From: Lytechinus pictus | Taxonomy: Eukaryota | Direction of reading: 5' to 3' | NCBI RefSeq assembly: GCF_037042905.1 | Contig: NC_087245.1 | Span: 42,348,001 to 42,412,000, forward strand | Length of the DNA stretch: 64,000 nucleotides | Shown: piece by piece, positions 62,564 to 64,000 of the stretch | Numbering within the stretch: position 1 is the first letter of the stretch | Layout of the letters: the number at the start of each line of letters is the position of its first letter | The notes under the pieces: model-generated | Told to the model about the DNA's origin: nothing | The model's database searches: none | What the model saw: the letters and a program-made list of their open reading frames with translations, nothing else | Translations under genes and position numbers: made by a program

Positions 62564-62865
62564 TCATAAATGATCTTCAGCGATCATTTTTAGCTGTTTC
62601 GAACAAGCCATATTCAGCTCATCTCATCTGGTTTACAGTCCTTTTCAGGACTTCACTCACTTTCAAGAAAAGAATACTTCTAATTTTCTCTGTTCATTAT
62701 ATCTCGTCTTTCCATTTCAATCTTTCTGCCTGTATTTCCTTCCCTTCTTCATATTACACATGGTGAACCGTAAACCTTCTCCACGTTACAAACTCCACCA
62801 TGCAAAACTACAAAGATAATCTTTATTTAGTTAAATGAGAGAGCTGGATAAACCTTGGTTGTTAA

Positions 62866-63132
62866 ACAACCCTTAATAATGAGAAACTAATGTTCTTTTA
62901 AAGAGATATCAGTTTTTCAGTTTTTCATTGATGTTTAATGATATTACAAGAAGCGAAAAGAAGAGGAAGACAAAAGTTTTGAATTAATCTCGAAGGGCAT
63001 TAGGGCACAACCCTTAATGAGAAACTAATGTTCTTTTAAAGAGATATCAGTTTTTTTCATTGATGTTTAATGGTATTACAAGAAGCGAAAAGAAGAGGGA
63101 GACAAAAGTTTTGAATTAATCTGGAAGGGCAT
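62866..63132. repeat. Tandem duplication of ~130 bp downstream of the SLC16 stop
   Basis: 62866-63000 and 63007-63132 are near identical. Confidence 0.9.
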
Positions 63133-63489
63133 GAAGGGAGGATAGCCATTGCACTGTATTGGTCAGATTAGTTCATGTTTGATTTATGTTGTTAATATCA
63201 TTGAAATGTCTGTGTTATTTTGAACATGTACTGATACTTGGATTGTATTTTGTTTATTTTATTGAACGGAAATGAATAAAATAAGTTATTATCAAAGGCA
63301 TTTTAATGGGATCATTTTTATTTCAAGTTTGTTTTATTGCTTAAAAAAAGTTGTCAGAATTTATCAGAATCTATTGATATATCAGAGGAGAGGGAGTATG
63401 ATTGAGTGTATATATAAAATTAGAGAGGAAAGATAGGGTAAAGTAGAAACCTTTCGAATAATTTACCAGAAAATTTCTTTTCTCTTTAA

Positions 63490-63945
63490 AGGGGAATCCA
63501 ACCCAAATAAAAACTTGTTTTAGAGGAATGAGAAAAATAAGACCAGTGGATAGGTGAAAGTTTGAAAAATATCGGACAAACAATACCAAAGTTATGAATT
63601 TTTAAAGTTGTAAAATGGTAATCACTATACCCATGGAGACTTCAAATTGGCTGTATATGTGATGTCATAGTGATGTAGGGCAAGGATTTCTCTTCCATGT
63701 ACTCCAGTAATAAAATGGCTAAAGTGTCATTTTTTTCAAAAGTTTTACTTCATATCAAATATTTCTTTCATGAGGAATTATAACAATATACTACCTGGGT
63801 TATATTTAGATTACTGCCCCAGGGGAATAAGTACTTAAAGAGAAAAACCACAAATCACTGACAATTAAGTAAATGGCCTATGGGAAAGTTGTCCTTGCCT
63901 CTTGTCGTAATTTACTTTCCCAGTTGCTAATTTGAAATCTACATA
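63490..63945. mobile_element. Kolobok-like family B copy, interrupted near the window end
   Basis: TTAA|AGGGGAATCCAACCCAAATAAA; colinear with 19134-20164 until about 63945. Confidence 0.8.
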
Positions 63946-64000
63946 CATGCACCAGCCCGAGTTTGCTCAATCTCGAGATTTTAGCCCGGTCGGCCCTCTT

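Overview
AT-rich, repeat-dense eukaryotic genomic DNA. The GT-AG introns, SRCR-domain receptor and repeat style suggest an invertebrate deuterostome, probably a sea urchin (inference). I reconstructed three spliced genes by hand, checking splice sites and phases. (1) On the minus strand, an OFCC1/ojoplano-like gene: ATG at 23718, 14 coding exons and 648 codons visible, running off the left edge, with a probable 5'UTR exon and promoter near 27.7-27.9 kb. (2) On the minus strand, a complete 5-exon class-B-like 7TM receptor of about 1070 aa (48508 to 36187), with the architecture signal peptide-SRCR-SRCR-somatomedin B-Cys-rich repeats-7TM and no GPS motif. (3) On the plus strand, a complete 5-exon SLC16/MCT-family transporter of 455 aa (51245-62563), divergent from gene 2. 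Introns and intergenic DNA are packed with non-autonomous DNA transposons (TTAA, TA, TWA, 5-bp and 8-bp TSD types, often nested), tRNA-derived SINEs, LINE 3' ends and a 5-kb CAT-derived minisatellite. Most short ORFs in the supplied track are spurious. I see no prokaryote-type system. The best novelty candidates are the SRCR-SMB-7TM receptor and a possible ciliary link for the OFCC1-like gene.
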